A DNA stretch of 64,000 bases, taken from NCBI RefSeq assembly GCF_009914755.1, contig NC_060941.1. The stretch is one strand, 5' to 3'. This stretch comes from the human T2T-CHM13v2.0 reference genome, Homo sapiens. The notes under the pieces were generated by a model. The model was not told where the DNA came from. It searched no databases and saw only the letters and a program-made list of their open reading frames with translations. Both the position numbers and the translations under genes were made by a program. This document shows, one piece after another, positions 53,126-64,000 of the stretch (within the stretch, counting starts at the first letter, position 1; each line of letters starts with the position of its first letter).

Positions 53126-55664
53126 CGCCCCTTATGCCCGTGGCAGTGGCACGATGCTGTATCCTGCCTGGGCTCTGGCCTCTGCTCTGTCCTCCCTCTT
53201 GCTCTGCCTCCCCTGTTTCTCAGGGGCCTGGATGCCTCTCGCTCTGGCCAAATGTCTTCAATAAAGATGACTTCCCAGTCTGTCAGGGAGACACTTCCTG
53301 GAGATCCATCTCATGATTGTTTCTCTCTCCAAATGTGTTTCTGCTTGATTGGGCAGGTCTCATGACCCTGGAGCTCTTGGCTTCCACACTTGTCTCAGAC
53401 AGGGAAGCTTCCTTCTTCTCCAAGTTTCCCCTCATGGGTGGGTGGATTGCCTAGGATGAGCACTAGGCAAGTGTGACCGGCCTTGTCTTATAGGACAGGT
53501 GGTGACGCATTTCCTCTGCACTTCCTGTCTCATTCTTCAGGGACATCCTCTCCTCTCCTCCTGGGTGGGTTGACTCCCTTGAACTTCTGGCTGAAACCAA
53601 TGTCAGGGAACCAAAGGGACTTGACTGGGGCTGAGGCTGGGGTTGGGGCTGGGTGCAGGGGAAGTTGCGTCAGGGCGACCAGGCCGGTGGAGGATAGGGG
53701 TGGGACGAATTTTGCAGAAACCTCTTTGCTCCTCTTGCAGGCATTTGAAAACGTGGCTTGGGTCAGGCACAGGCCCCACCAGCCCCCCGGGTTGCAGGTG
53801 TTCTTTGATTTTCCTTGGCATTGATGGAAAGGTCACTCGTACCCCCTTCCAACGGCACATGCCTGGACAACACCGTTTGTTTCACCGTCGCCCCACATGC
53901 CTCTGGTGACACACATTCACACGATCTGCTGTGACATATGGCAGTGCCACACGTGGTCACATGGTCTCCACCTCGGATTCGCCCCTGTTACTATTTGCAC
54001 GTGTCCTGTAAAGCGCGGTCGGCCATCCCCAGCCCCAGGGCTTCTAGAAGCGGGGAAGGTCATTGCTCTTTCAAAGGAGGAGGGAGGCAGAGGGCTGATG
54101 GATCAGTGAATTTTCAGCTGACACTACGCCTTGAGACCTATGGGATCATTCTGTGCTGCAGCGAGGCCCTACCTGCCTCACTAGATGTGGTGACCCCATA
54201 CTATCTCACACGGAGGGAGCCAAACTCAGATCTCAAAGGTAGTCCCGAGAACACAGCAGGCGTCCTGAAGCTCCCCCTCCCTCGGTGGAAGTCAGCTTAA
54301 GGAGGACCTGAGGACAGGACTCCTGGGGCTTTGGCCCTGGGACAGGACACCCGCGGCTCCCTCTCCCACGCCACCACAAACTGGACCCCGGATCCAGCCG
54401 CGGCCGCGGCTGCAGCAGGAGCCTCGCTGCCGCCGCGCAGCGGTGGCGTTATTTAAATGGGACACAGCCTGACTGCCTGGAGCGCAGCGCCAGTCGCCCA
54501 GCCAATGCGCACGCGCCAGGCGCAAGCGGCTTCTCCCATCACAGTGCTTCCCACGGTTGTCTTAGAAACCAGTTCCTGAGGCTTGGCACAGCAGGAGCCC
54601 TCCGTGGCAGTGCTTGGGTGTCGGGGCTCTGAGGCTCCGGCCTGACCTCTCCACCGGCTCGACAGCAACGTCTCAGGATGCCACTAGTCACAAAGGGCCG
54701 ACCAGGAGGAGGAACCCCCAGGCGGAGTCCGGGGCAAGCAGCACCGCATCCCAGCCTCAGGACTGCCCGAGGGTGTTGGCGAGAGTCTCTGCAAAAGTCG
54801 TGCCGCCGTGATCTCGAGGACAGGTCGGCCTGCGTGTTCCTGGGCTGCTCTCTCAGACGAGGGTGGTTCTCGTGGAGAGCAGAACCTCTTTGCTCCTCTG
54901 GTAGGCATTTGAAAACGTGTTTTGGGTCAGGCATAGGCCCCCAACCAAACGGGTCCCAGGTGTTCTTTGATTTTCCTTGGCATTGAGGGAAAGGTCACTC
55001 GTTCCCCCCTTCCACTGGAGCATGCCTGGACACCACTGTTTTTTCGCCGTCGCCCCATATGCCTCCGGTGACACACATTCACACCATCTACTATGAGATA
55101 CGCCAGTGCCACCCGTGGTCACATGGTCTCCACCTCGGATTCGCCCCTGTTCCTGTTTGCACGTGTTCTGTAAAGCGCAGTCCGCCTTCCGGAGCCCCAG
55201 GGCTTTTAGAAGTGGGACAGGCCACTGCTCTTTCAAAGGAGGAGGGAAGAAGAGGACTGATGGATCAGTGAATTTTCAGCTGACACTATGCCTTGAGACC
55301 TATGGGATCATTCTGTGCTGCAGCGAGGTCCTGCCTGCCTCACCAGATGTGGTGAGCCCACCCTTTCTCACGCGGAGGGGGCCAAAATCGGATCTGAAAG
55401 GGAGTCCGGAGAACACAGCAGGCGTCCTGAAGCTCCCTGTCCCTGGGTGGAAGTCGGCTCAAGGAGCTCCTGAGGACAGGACTTCTGGGGGTTTGGCCCT
55501 GGGACAGGACACTCGCGGCCCCCTCTCCCATGCCGCCCCAAACTGGACCCTGGATCCAGCCGCCACCGCGGCTGCAGCAGGAGCCTCGCTGCCGCCGCGC
55601 AGCGGTGGCGTTAATTAAAGGGGACACAGCCTGACTGCCTGGAGGGCAGCGCCAGTCGGCCCAG

Positions 55665-55680
55665 CCAATGCGCATGCGCA
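55665..55680. promoter_or_regulatory. CCAAT box overlapping a perfect NRF1-type palindrome TGCGCATGCGCA; variants in each repeat unit
   Basis: ccaatgcgcatgcgca here; related ccaatgcgcatgcgcg at ~56804 and ~57968, ccaatgcgcacgcgc at ~54502, ccaatgcgcatgctc at ~59129 and tgcgcatgcaca at ~63365. Confidence 0.6.
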
Positions 55681-58600
55681 AGGCGCGAGCGGCTTCCCCT
55701 GTCACAGTGCTTCCCACGGGTGTCTTAGCAACCAGTCCCTGAGGCTTGGCACAGCGGGAGCCCTCCGTGGCAATGCTGGAGTGTCGGAGCTCTGAGACTC
55801 CGGCCTGACCTCTCCACCGGGTCGACAGCAAAGTCTCCAGATGCCGCGAGTCGCAAAGGGCCGACCAGGAGGAGGAAACCCCAGGTGGAGTCCGGGGGAA
55901 GCAGCGCGGCATCCCAGCCTCAGGCGTGCCCGGACGGTGCTGGCGAGAGTCTTCCCAAAAGTCGTGTCACCGTGATCACGAGGAGAGGTTGGCCAGCGTG
56001 TCCCTGGGCTGCTCTCTCACCCGAGGGTGGTTCTCGTGGAGAGCAGAACCTCTTTGCTCCTCTGGTAGGCATTTGAAAACGTGTCGTGGGTCAGGCACAG
56101 GCCCCCAACCCCATGGGTCCCAGGTGTCCTTTGATATTCCTTGACATTGATGGAAATGTCACGCCTGGACACCACCGTTTTTTTCGCCATCGCCCCATAT
56201 GCCTCCGGTGACACACATTCACACCATCTGCTGTGAGATACGCCAGTGCCACGCGTGGTCACATGGTCTCCACCTCGGATTCGCCCCTGTTCCTGTTTGC
56301 ACGTGTCCTGTAAAGCTCAGTGGGCCTTCCGGAGCCCCAGGGCTTTTAGAAGCGGTTCAGGCCACTGCTCTTTCAAAGGAGGAGGGAAGCAGAGGGCTGA
56401 TGGATCAGTGAATTTTCAGCTGACACTATGCTTTGAGACCTATGGGATCATTCTGTGCTGCAGCGAGATCCTGCCTGCCTCACCAGATGTGGTGAGCCCA
56501 CCCTATCTCACTCGGCCTGGGCCAAAATCAGATCTGAAAGGGAGTCCGGAGAACACAGCAGGCGTCCTGAAGCTCCCCCTCCCTGGGTGGAAGTTGGCTC
56601 AAGGAGCTCCTGAGGACAGCACTCCTTGGGATTTTTCCCCAGGACAGGAAACCCGCAGCCCCTCTCCCACGCCGCCCCAAACTGGACCCCGGATCCAGCC
56701 GCCACCACGGCTGCAGCAGGAGCCTCGCTGCCGCTGCGCAGCCATGGCGTTATTTAAAGGGGACACAGCCTGACTGCCTGGAGCCCCGCCTGAGTCGGCC
56801 CAGCCAATGCGCATGCGCGAGGCGCGAGAGGCTTCTCCTGTCACAGTGCTTCCCACGGTTGTCTTAGAAACCAGTCCCTGAGCTTGGCACAGCAGGAGCC
56901 CTCCGTGGCAGTGCTTGGGTGTCGGGGCTCTGAGGCTCCGGCCTGACCTCTCCACTGGGTCGACGGCAATGTCTCAGGATGCCGCGAGTCGCAAAGGGCC
57001 GACCAGGAGGCGGAAACCCCAGACGGAGTCCGGGGGAAGCAGCAAGGCATCCCAGCCTCAGGCCTGCCCGGACGGTGCTGGCGAGAGTCTTCCCAAAAGT
57101 CGTGTCGCCGTGATCACGAGGAGAAGTCAGCCTGCGTGTCCTTGGGCTGCTCTCTCACACGAGGGTGGTTCTCGTGGAGAGCAGAACCTCTTTGCTCCTC
57201 TGGTAGGCATTTGAAAACGTGTCTTGGGTCAGGCACAGACCACCCACCCAACGGGTCCCAGGTGTTCTTTGATTTTCCTTGGCATTGGTGGAAATGTCAC
57301 TTGTTTCCCCCTTCCACCAGAGCATGCCCGCACACTGCTGTTTTTTTCTCTGTCGTCCCATATGCCTCCGGTGACACACATTCACACCATCTGCTGTGAG
57401 ATACGCCAGTGCCATGCGTGGTCACATGGTCTCCACCTAGGATTCGCCCCTGTTCTTGTTTGCACGTGTCCTATAAAGCGCAGTCGGCCTTCCGGAGCCC
57501 CAGGGCTTTTAGAAGCGGGACAGGCCACTACTCTTTCAAAGGAGGAGGGAAGTAGAGGGCTGATGGATCAGTGAATTTTCAGCTGACACTACGCCCTGAG
57601 ACCTCTGGAATCATTCTGTGCTGCAGGGAGGCCCTGCCTGCTTCACCAGATATGGTGGGCCCATCCTATCTCACTCGGAGGTGGCCAAAACCGGGTTTGA
57701 AGGGGAGTCGGGAGAACACAGCAGGAGTCCTGAAGCTCCCCCTTCCTCGGTGGAAGTCGGCTCAAGGATGTCCTGAGGACAGGACTCCTTGGGATTTTTC
57801 CCTGGGACAGGAAACCCGCGGCCTCCTCTCCCACGCCGCCCCAAACTGGACCCCGGATCCAGCCGCCACCGCGGCTGCAGCAGGAGCCTCGCTGCCACCG
57901 CGCAGCCGTGGCATTATTTAAAGGGGACACAGCCTGACTGCCTGGAGCGCAGCCTGAGTCGGCCCAGCCAATGCGCATGCGCGAGGCGCGAGCGGCTTCT
58001 CTTGTCACAGTGCTTCCCACGGTTGTCTTAGAAACCAGTCCCTGAGCTTGGCACAGCAGGAGCCCTCCGTGGCAGTGCTTGGGTGTCGGGGCTCTGAGGC
58101 TCCTGCCTGACCTCCACCGGGTCAACGGCAATGTCTCCGGATGCCGCGAGTCGCAAAGGGCCGACCAGGAGGAGGAAACCTCAGGCGGAGTCCGGGGGAA
58201 GCAGGGCGGCATCCCAGCCTCAGGCCTGCCCGGACGGTGTTGGCGAGAGTCTTCCCAAAAGTCGTGTCGCCGTGATCTCGAGGAGAGGTCGGCCTGCGTG
58301 TCCCTGGGCTGCTCTCTCACACGAGGGTGGTTCTCGTGGAGAGCAGAACCTCTTTGCTCCTCTGGTAGGCATTTGAAAACGTGTCGTGGGTCAGGCACAG
58401 GCCCCCCACCCCCCGGGTCCCAGGTGTTCTTTGATTTTCCTTGGCATTGATGGAGAGGTCACTCGTTCCCCCTTTCCACCGGCGCATGACTGGACACCAC
58501 CGTTTGTTGAACCGTCGCCCCATATATCTCCGGTGACACACGTTCACACCATCTGCTGTGAGATACGCCAGTGCCACGCGTGGTCACATGGTCTCCACCT

Positions 58601-59574
58601 CGGATTCGCCCCTGTTCCTGTTTGCCCATGTCCTGTAAAGCGCAGTCGGCATTCCGGAGCCCCAGGGCTTTTAGAAGCGGGATAGGCCACTGCTCTTTCA
58701 AAGGAGGAGGGAGGCAGAGGGCTGATGGCCAGTCAATTTTCTGCTGACACTACGCCTTGAGACCTATGGCATCCTTCTGTGCTGCAGCGAGGCCCTGCCT
58801 GCTTCACCAGATGTGGTGAGCTCACCCAATCTCACTCGGAGGGGGCCAAAATCGGATCTGAAAGGGAGTCCGGAGAACAAAGCAGGCGTCCTGAAGCTCC
58901 CCGTCCCTGGGTGGAAGTCGGCTTAAGGAGCTCCTCAGGACAGGACTCTTGGGGGTTTGGCCCTGGGACAGGACACCCTCGGCCCCCTCTGCCATGCCGC
59001 CCCAAACTGGACCCTGGATCCAGCCGCCGCGGCGGCTGCAGCAGGAGCCTCGCTGCCGCCGCGCAGCGGTGGCGTTAATTAAAGGGGACGCAGCCTGATT
59101 GCCTGGAGTGCAGCGCGAGTCGGCCCAGCCAATGCGCATGCTCGAAGCGCCAGCGGCTTCTCCCATCACAGTGCTTCCCACGGTTGTCTTAGAAACCAGT
59201 CCCTGAGGCTTGGCACAGCAGGAGCCCTCCGTGGCAGTGCTTGGGTGTCGGGGCTCTGAGGCTCCGGCCTGGCCTCTCCACCGGGTCGACGGCAATGTCT
59301 CCGTATGCCTGCCGCGAGTCGCAAAGGGCCGATCAGGAGGAGGAAACCCCAAGCGGAGTCTGGGGGAAGCAGCACGGCATCCCAGCCTCAGGCCTGCCCG
59401 GACGGTGCTGGGCTGAGTCACCCCAAAAGTCGTGCCGCTCTGATGTTGAGGACAGGTCGGCCTGCGTGCCCCTTGGCTGCTCTCTCACCCGAGGGTCGTT
59501 CTCGTCGAGAGCCGAACCCTGCAGCCTCAGGGGTTGCCTGGTGGTGTGTGTTTCAATGCGTCTGCTGTATGACT

Positions 59575-59582
59575 CTGTGTGT

Positions 59583-59614
<32 letters not shown>

Positions 59615-59700
59615 CTTCCGTTCTCTCTTCTGTCTCTCAGTCTGTGTTTCTTTCCCTCTCTCTGTCGGTTTGTGTGTTTGTGTCCGTGTGTGTGTGTGTC
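59575..59700. repeat. (GT)n/(CT)n microsatellite inside the long repeat unit
   Basis: gtgtgtgtgt tract seen directly; absent from the 1.16-kb monomers. Confidence 0.9.
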
Positions 59701-62700
59701 TTCGGCTGAATGTGCCCTGTGCGCCACAAAGCGATTTCTCGCATGGCGACCTGCCTTTGGTGAGCCTCTTTCTGCGTTTCTGCCTGGCTCATGAGGCCGG
59801 TTGTCAATCGTTTTCGCCACCGCGGAGCTGCTTTGGGTGTGTGAAGACCAGACCCACGTGAGGAGATGCATCGGTCCCAGAGCAATTGAAATCTCCTCCC
59901 CATCCTGAGCAGCCTCTTTTCTAGTATCAAGATAAACACACTGCAGCCGAGTACAAGAGCCCCACAGGAGTTCTTTGTCCCACAGGGGAGGAGCGGACCC
60001 ACGTCAGAGAAGATGATTTTATCTTTTCACTGCTCTTCTGTGAGAAATGAAGCCACAGCACGATACAGTCTGCAAGAGGAAGCTGGAAATGGGAGATGGC
60101 AACAATCCCTGTCACTAGAACGCTGGCCTCTCTGGACAAGCCACCCTTTTGGAACCCCTCCCCTTATGCCCATGGCAGTGACACAGTGTTATATCCTGCC
60201 TGGGCTTCGGCCTCTGCTCTGTCCTCCCTCTTGCTCCTTCTGTTCTGTCCTCCCTCTTGCTCTGCCTCCCCTGGCCTAGATGCCTCTCGCTCTGGCCACA
60301 TGTCTTCCCTGTCCGTCAGGGACTTCCCAGTGCTTGACTTCCCAGTCTGTCAGGGAGACTTTTCCTGGAGATCCCTATTATGATTGTTTCTGTCTGCAAA
60401 CCTGTTTCTGCTTGATTGGGCAGATCTCGTGACCGTTGAGCTCTTTGCTCCCATAAGTGTCTCAGACAGGAAAGCTTGCTTGTTCTCCGTGTTTCCCCTC
60501 ATGGGTGGGTGGATTGCCTAGAATGAGTGCTAGGCGACCGTGACTGGCCTTGTCTTCTAGGACAGGTGGTGTAGCATTTCCTCTGCACTTCCTGTCTCAC
60601 TCTTGAGGGACATCCTCTCCTCTGCTCCTGGATGGACTGACTCCCTGGATCTTTTAGCCGTAATGGATGTCAGGGAACCAAGGGGACTGGGCTGGGTCTG
60701 GGGCTGCGGCTGGTGCTGGGGCTGGGGCTTGGTGCAGGGTACTTTGTGTGAGGGCTACCTGGGCGATGGAGCTTTGGCGGTGGGTTGAATTTTGCGGAAA
60801 CCTCTTTGCTCCTCTGGCAGGAATTTCAAAATTTGGCTCTGGTCAGTCACAAGCCCCCTCCTGGTTCACAGGTGTTCTTTAATTTTTCATTGCTGTGATG
60901 GAAATGTCACTTGTTCCCCCCTTCCACCGGGCACATGCCTAGACACCACCGTTTGTTTCGGCTTCGCCCCACATTCCTCTGGTTACACACATTCACGCCA
61001 TCTGCTGTGGGATGGGCCAGTGCCACGCATCATCGCATGGTCTCCACCTGGGGTTCGCCCCTGTTCCTGTTTGCACGTGTCCTGTAAATTGCAGTCAGCC
61101 TTCCGGAGCCCCAGGGCTTTTAGAAGCCGGGCAGGCCAGTGCTCTTTCAAAGGAGGAGGGAGGCAGAGAGCTGATGGATCAGTGAATTTTCAGCTGACAC
61201 CACGCCGTAAGACCCATGGGATCATTCTGTGCTGCAGCTAGGCCCTGCCTGTCTCACCAGATGTGGTGAGCCCATCCTATCTCACTCGGAGGGGGCCCAG
61301 ATTGGATCTGAAGGGGAGTCCCAAGAACCCAGCAGGCATCCCGAGCTCCAGCTCCCTTGGTGGGAGTCGGCTCAAGGAGGTCCTGACGACAGGACTCCTG
61401 GGGGTTTGGCCCTAGGACAGGACACCCGCGGTACCCTCTCCAACGCCGCCTCAAACGACCTCGGATCCAGTCGCTGCGAAGGCTGCAACAGGAGCCCCTC
61501 TGCTACTGCGCAGTAGCCATTGTTTCAAGGGGCAGCAGCCTGACTTCCAGCACCGGAGCTTTAGTCGACCTAGCCAATGTGCCTCCACGAGGCTCTAGCT
61601 GATTGTCTCGTCACAGTGATTTCCACTGTTGTCTTGATATCCAGTCCCTGGATTTTGGCATAGCAGGAGTTCTCCATGGCTGTGCTTCGGTGAAGGGGCT
61701 TTGTGCCTCCGGCCTGTCTTGCAGGAGTTTTAATACCCTTCCCATCCTGTGCTGCCTCCTTGCTAGGATCAAGACGACTGCACCCCAGCCAAGGACAAAG
61801 GCCTCACAGGTGCTCATTGTCCACCCGCAGGAGTGTGCCCACAGACCTTCAAGAAGATGGTTCTCACTCCTCTCGCCCTTTGCCCTCATTGAGAAATCTA
61901 CCCACAGCTATACACTGGGACGGAGAAGGAAGCTGGCTACAAGATGGGGCAAACATGTCTGTCACTCAAACGCTGGCCTTCTGGCCAAGTCACCAATTTG
62001 GCACTTTTTCCCAGATGCCCGTGATAGTGGCATTGTGCTGTGGCATTGGCCTCTGCTCTGTCCTCCCTCTTGCTCTGTCTGCCCAGTTCCTGTGAAGCCT
62101 AGAGGCTTCTTAGTCTGGCTCAATGTCTTCAACAAAGAACACTTCCCAGTCCATTAGGGAGAAATTTCTTTGGGGTCCCTTTTATGATTGCTTCCCTCTC
62201 CAAACCTATTTCTGGATGATAGGGTGTGATGATCCTGGAGTTCTGGGCGTCCATACCTGTCTTGGACAGGGGAGCTACCTTTGTCTGCATGTCCCAATGA
62301 TGGCTTTGTGGTCAGTCCAGGAAGAGCGGGAGGCAACCCCACCGTGGCTGACCTTTGCCTTCTAGAAAAGTTAGTGTTGCATCCCACCTGCCCTTCCTCT
62401 CTCATTCCTGAAGGCCATCTGGTTCCTCTGCTCCTGGGGAAAGTGCCTCCAAGCACTGAATCTTTTGGCTGCCATGGATATCAGGGAGCCAAACGGACTG
62501 GGTTTTTCTGGGTGCAGGGGAGGTGGCGTCAGGGGTACCTACCGGTGGCGGGATGTCGGTGTGGTGTCGTTTGTTGAAACCTCTTGGCCCCTCTGGCAGC
62601 CATCCCTGAATGTGGCTTGGACTCAGGCACAGGCCCTGTCTCACAGGTTTTCTAGTGTGCTTGGCTTTTCCTTGGCTTTGTGTGGGAGGTCCCAGCGACC

Positions 62701-63701
62701 CACCTGCGCACACCTGGATGTCACTATCTGTCTCAGCATCGCCCCATACGGCCTCAAAGACACACACTGACTCCATCTGTTCTTGGGGAACATTAGTGCC
62801 ACGTGTGGTCACATTGGCTCCATCTTGGACTCGCCTCTGTCTCTCCTTGCACATGTCGTGGAAAGCAGTGTCGGGATGCCAGAGCCCCGAACCTTGGAGA
62901 TGAAGTCAGGCCACAGCTCCACCTAGGAAGGAGGGAGGCAGTGGGCTCATGGATCAGTGCATTTTCAGCTGACAGTATGCCTTGCAGCCCTTAGGATCTT
63001 TCTGTGCCCCAGCGAGACCCTTCCCGCCTCACTGCATTGTAACCCCATTCCTGATCACCCCGTGGGATCCATAGTCAGATCTGAAGAGGAGTCCAGAGAG
63101 CCCAGCCGCACCCTGAAGCTCCTCCTCCAATGGGAACCGAAGCAGAAGACCGATCAAGAAGGTCCTGTTGACAGGACCTCTATGGGTCCAACCCTTGGGC
63201 CTCCTGCAGGACCCTCTCGTAGTCCTCTTCCCACCCGCCGCCTCGGACTGCGCTGCCGCCGCCACCGCTGCCCCAGTCCCCAGTCCCCTCAGCCGCGCGT
63301 CGCCGCCATTTTTTAAAGGACCCGCCGCCTGACTCCGGAGCAAGCGGGGATTCGGCCTCGCCAGTGCGCATGCACAAGGCCTGAACCTCCGCTTTGGTCG
63401 TAGTGATTGCCACTGTTGCCCGAGGATGGGTCCCTGAGACTTTGCGAAGTAGGAGCCCCGTGTGATTGTGCGTCAGAGTCGGGTCTGAGAGCAGTCCTGG
63501 CCAGGGCATTAAGAGGATGGTCTCCGGAGCCTGGGATTCTCGGAGGGTCGACCACCAGGAAGAAACCTCAGGCGGATCGCCGGGGCGGCAGCGCGAGATC
63601 CCAGCCTCAGGCCTGGATTCGGGGAGGGTGGACGAGGGCCCTCTCCCAATCTTCACTTCACCCGCCGCCGCCCCAGTCCCCGCAGCCGCCGCTCCGCGGT
63701 C

Positions 63702-63853
63702 ATTTTTCTTTTCTTTCTTTTTCTTTTTTTATAGTCGGAGTCTCACTCTGTCACTCAGTCGAATGCAGTGGCGGGATCTCAGCTGACTGCAAACTCTGCC
63801 GCCCGGGTTCAAGTGATTCTCTTGCCTCCGCCTCCCGAGTACCTGAGACTAGA
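63702..63853 (-). mobile_element. Alu right-arm fragment within the satellite
   Basis: T-rich tail, then ggagtctcactctgtcactcag...gcagtggcgggatctcagctgactgcaaactctgcc...gggttcaagtgattctcttgcctccgcctcccgagta. Confidence 0.85.
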
Positions 63854-64000
63854 GGGATTAGTCAGAGTCGGGACTGAGACCAGTCCTGGCCAGGGCATCA
63901 ACAGGATAGTCTCTGGAGGCCGGGATTCACGGAGGGTCGTCCAGGAGGAAGAAACTGCGGGCGGAGGGCCAGGGAAGCAGCGCGGGTTCCCAGCCTCAGG

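Larger units (their letters stand above)
53128..64000. repeat. CpG-rich tandem macrosatellite array, SST1/NBL2 (MER22)-like; at least 7 related units, running off the window end
   Basis: The anchor gatggatcagtgaattttcagctgacac (or a diverged form) recurs at 54097, 55259, 56399, 57562, 58724, 61173 and ~62948, with spacings 1162, 1140, 1163, 1162, 2449 and ~1775. The tandem structure is certain; the SST1 name is from recall. Confidence 0.85.

Noticed and set aside
53483-61516. Recurrent ORFs (WSPPRIRPCSCLHV..., RGWFSWRAEPLCSSGRHLK...) resembling a tandem gene family
   Set aside because: Starts, stops and frames differ between units and no domain is recognisable; expected by chance in GC-rich tandem repeats.

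Overview
Primate (almost certainly human) genomic DNA from the KCNJ12/KCNJ18/KCNJ17 segmental-duplication region (17p11.2, pericentromeric). All family and paralog assignments come from recalled reference sequences; no search was run. The only credible protein-coding unit is a minus-strand Kir2.2-family inward-rectifier K+ channel ORF (37589->36291, 432 aa). Relative to KCNJ12 it has about 20 substitutions plus a one-codon deletion, including GYG->SYG, E139K, D173N and FCYENE->FCYKNE. This fits the third paralog, KCNJ17 (Kir2.2v-like), rather than KCNJ12 or KCNJ18. Its transcription unit looks intact: a canonical 122-nt non-coding exon at 44295-44416, a candidate KCNJ18-type first exon near 47.6-47.8 kb, and a DR4 thyroid-hormone-response-type element at 48038-48053. 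At ~53128 the unique sequence fuses to a CpG-rich SST1/NBL2(MER22)-like tandem array. The array contains ~1.16-kb monomers that appear to be microhomology deletion derivatives of a ~2.45-kb unit. Each monomer carries a CCAAT/NRF1-like/AT-box module and a candidate splice donor pointing towards the channel gene. The left part holds a 3'-truncated PDLIM1 processed pseudogene fused to Tigger1, nested LTR/L1/MER1B insertions, Alus, MaLR LTRs and simple repeats. Most ORF-track entries are spurious.
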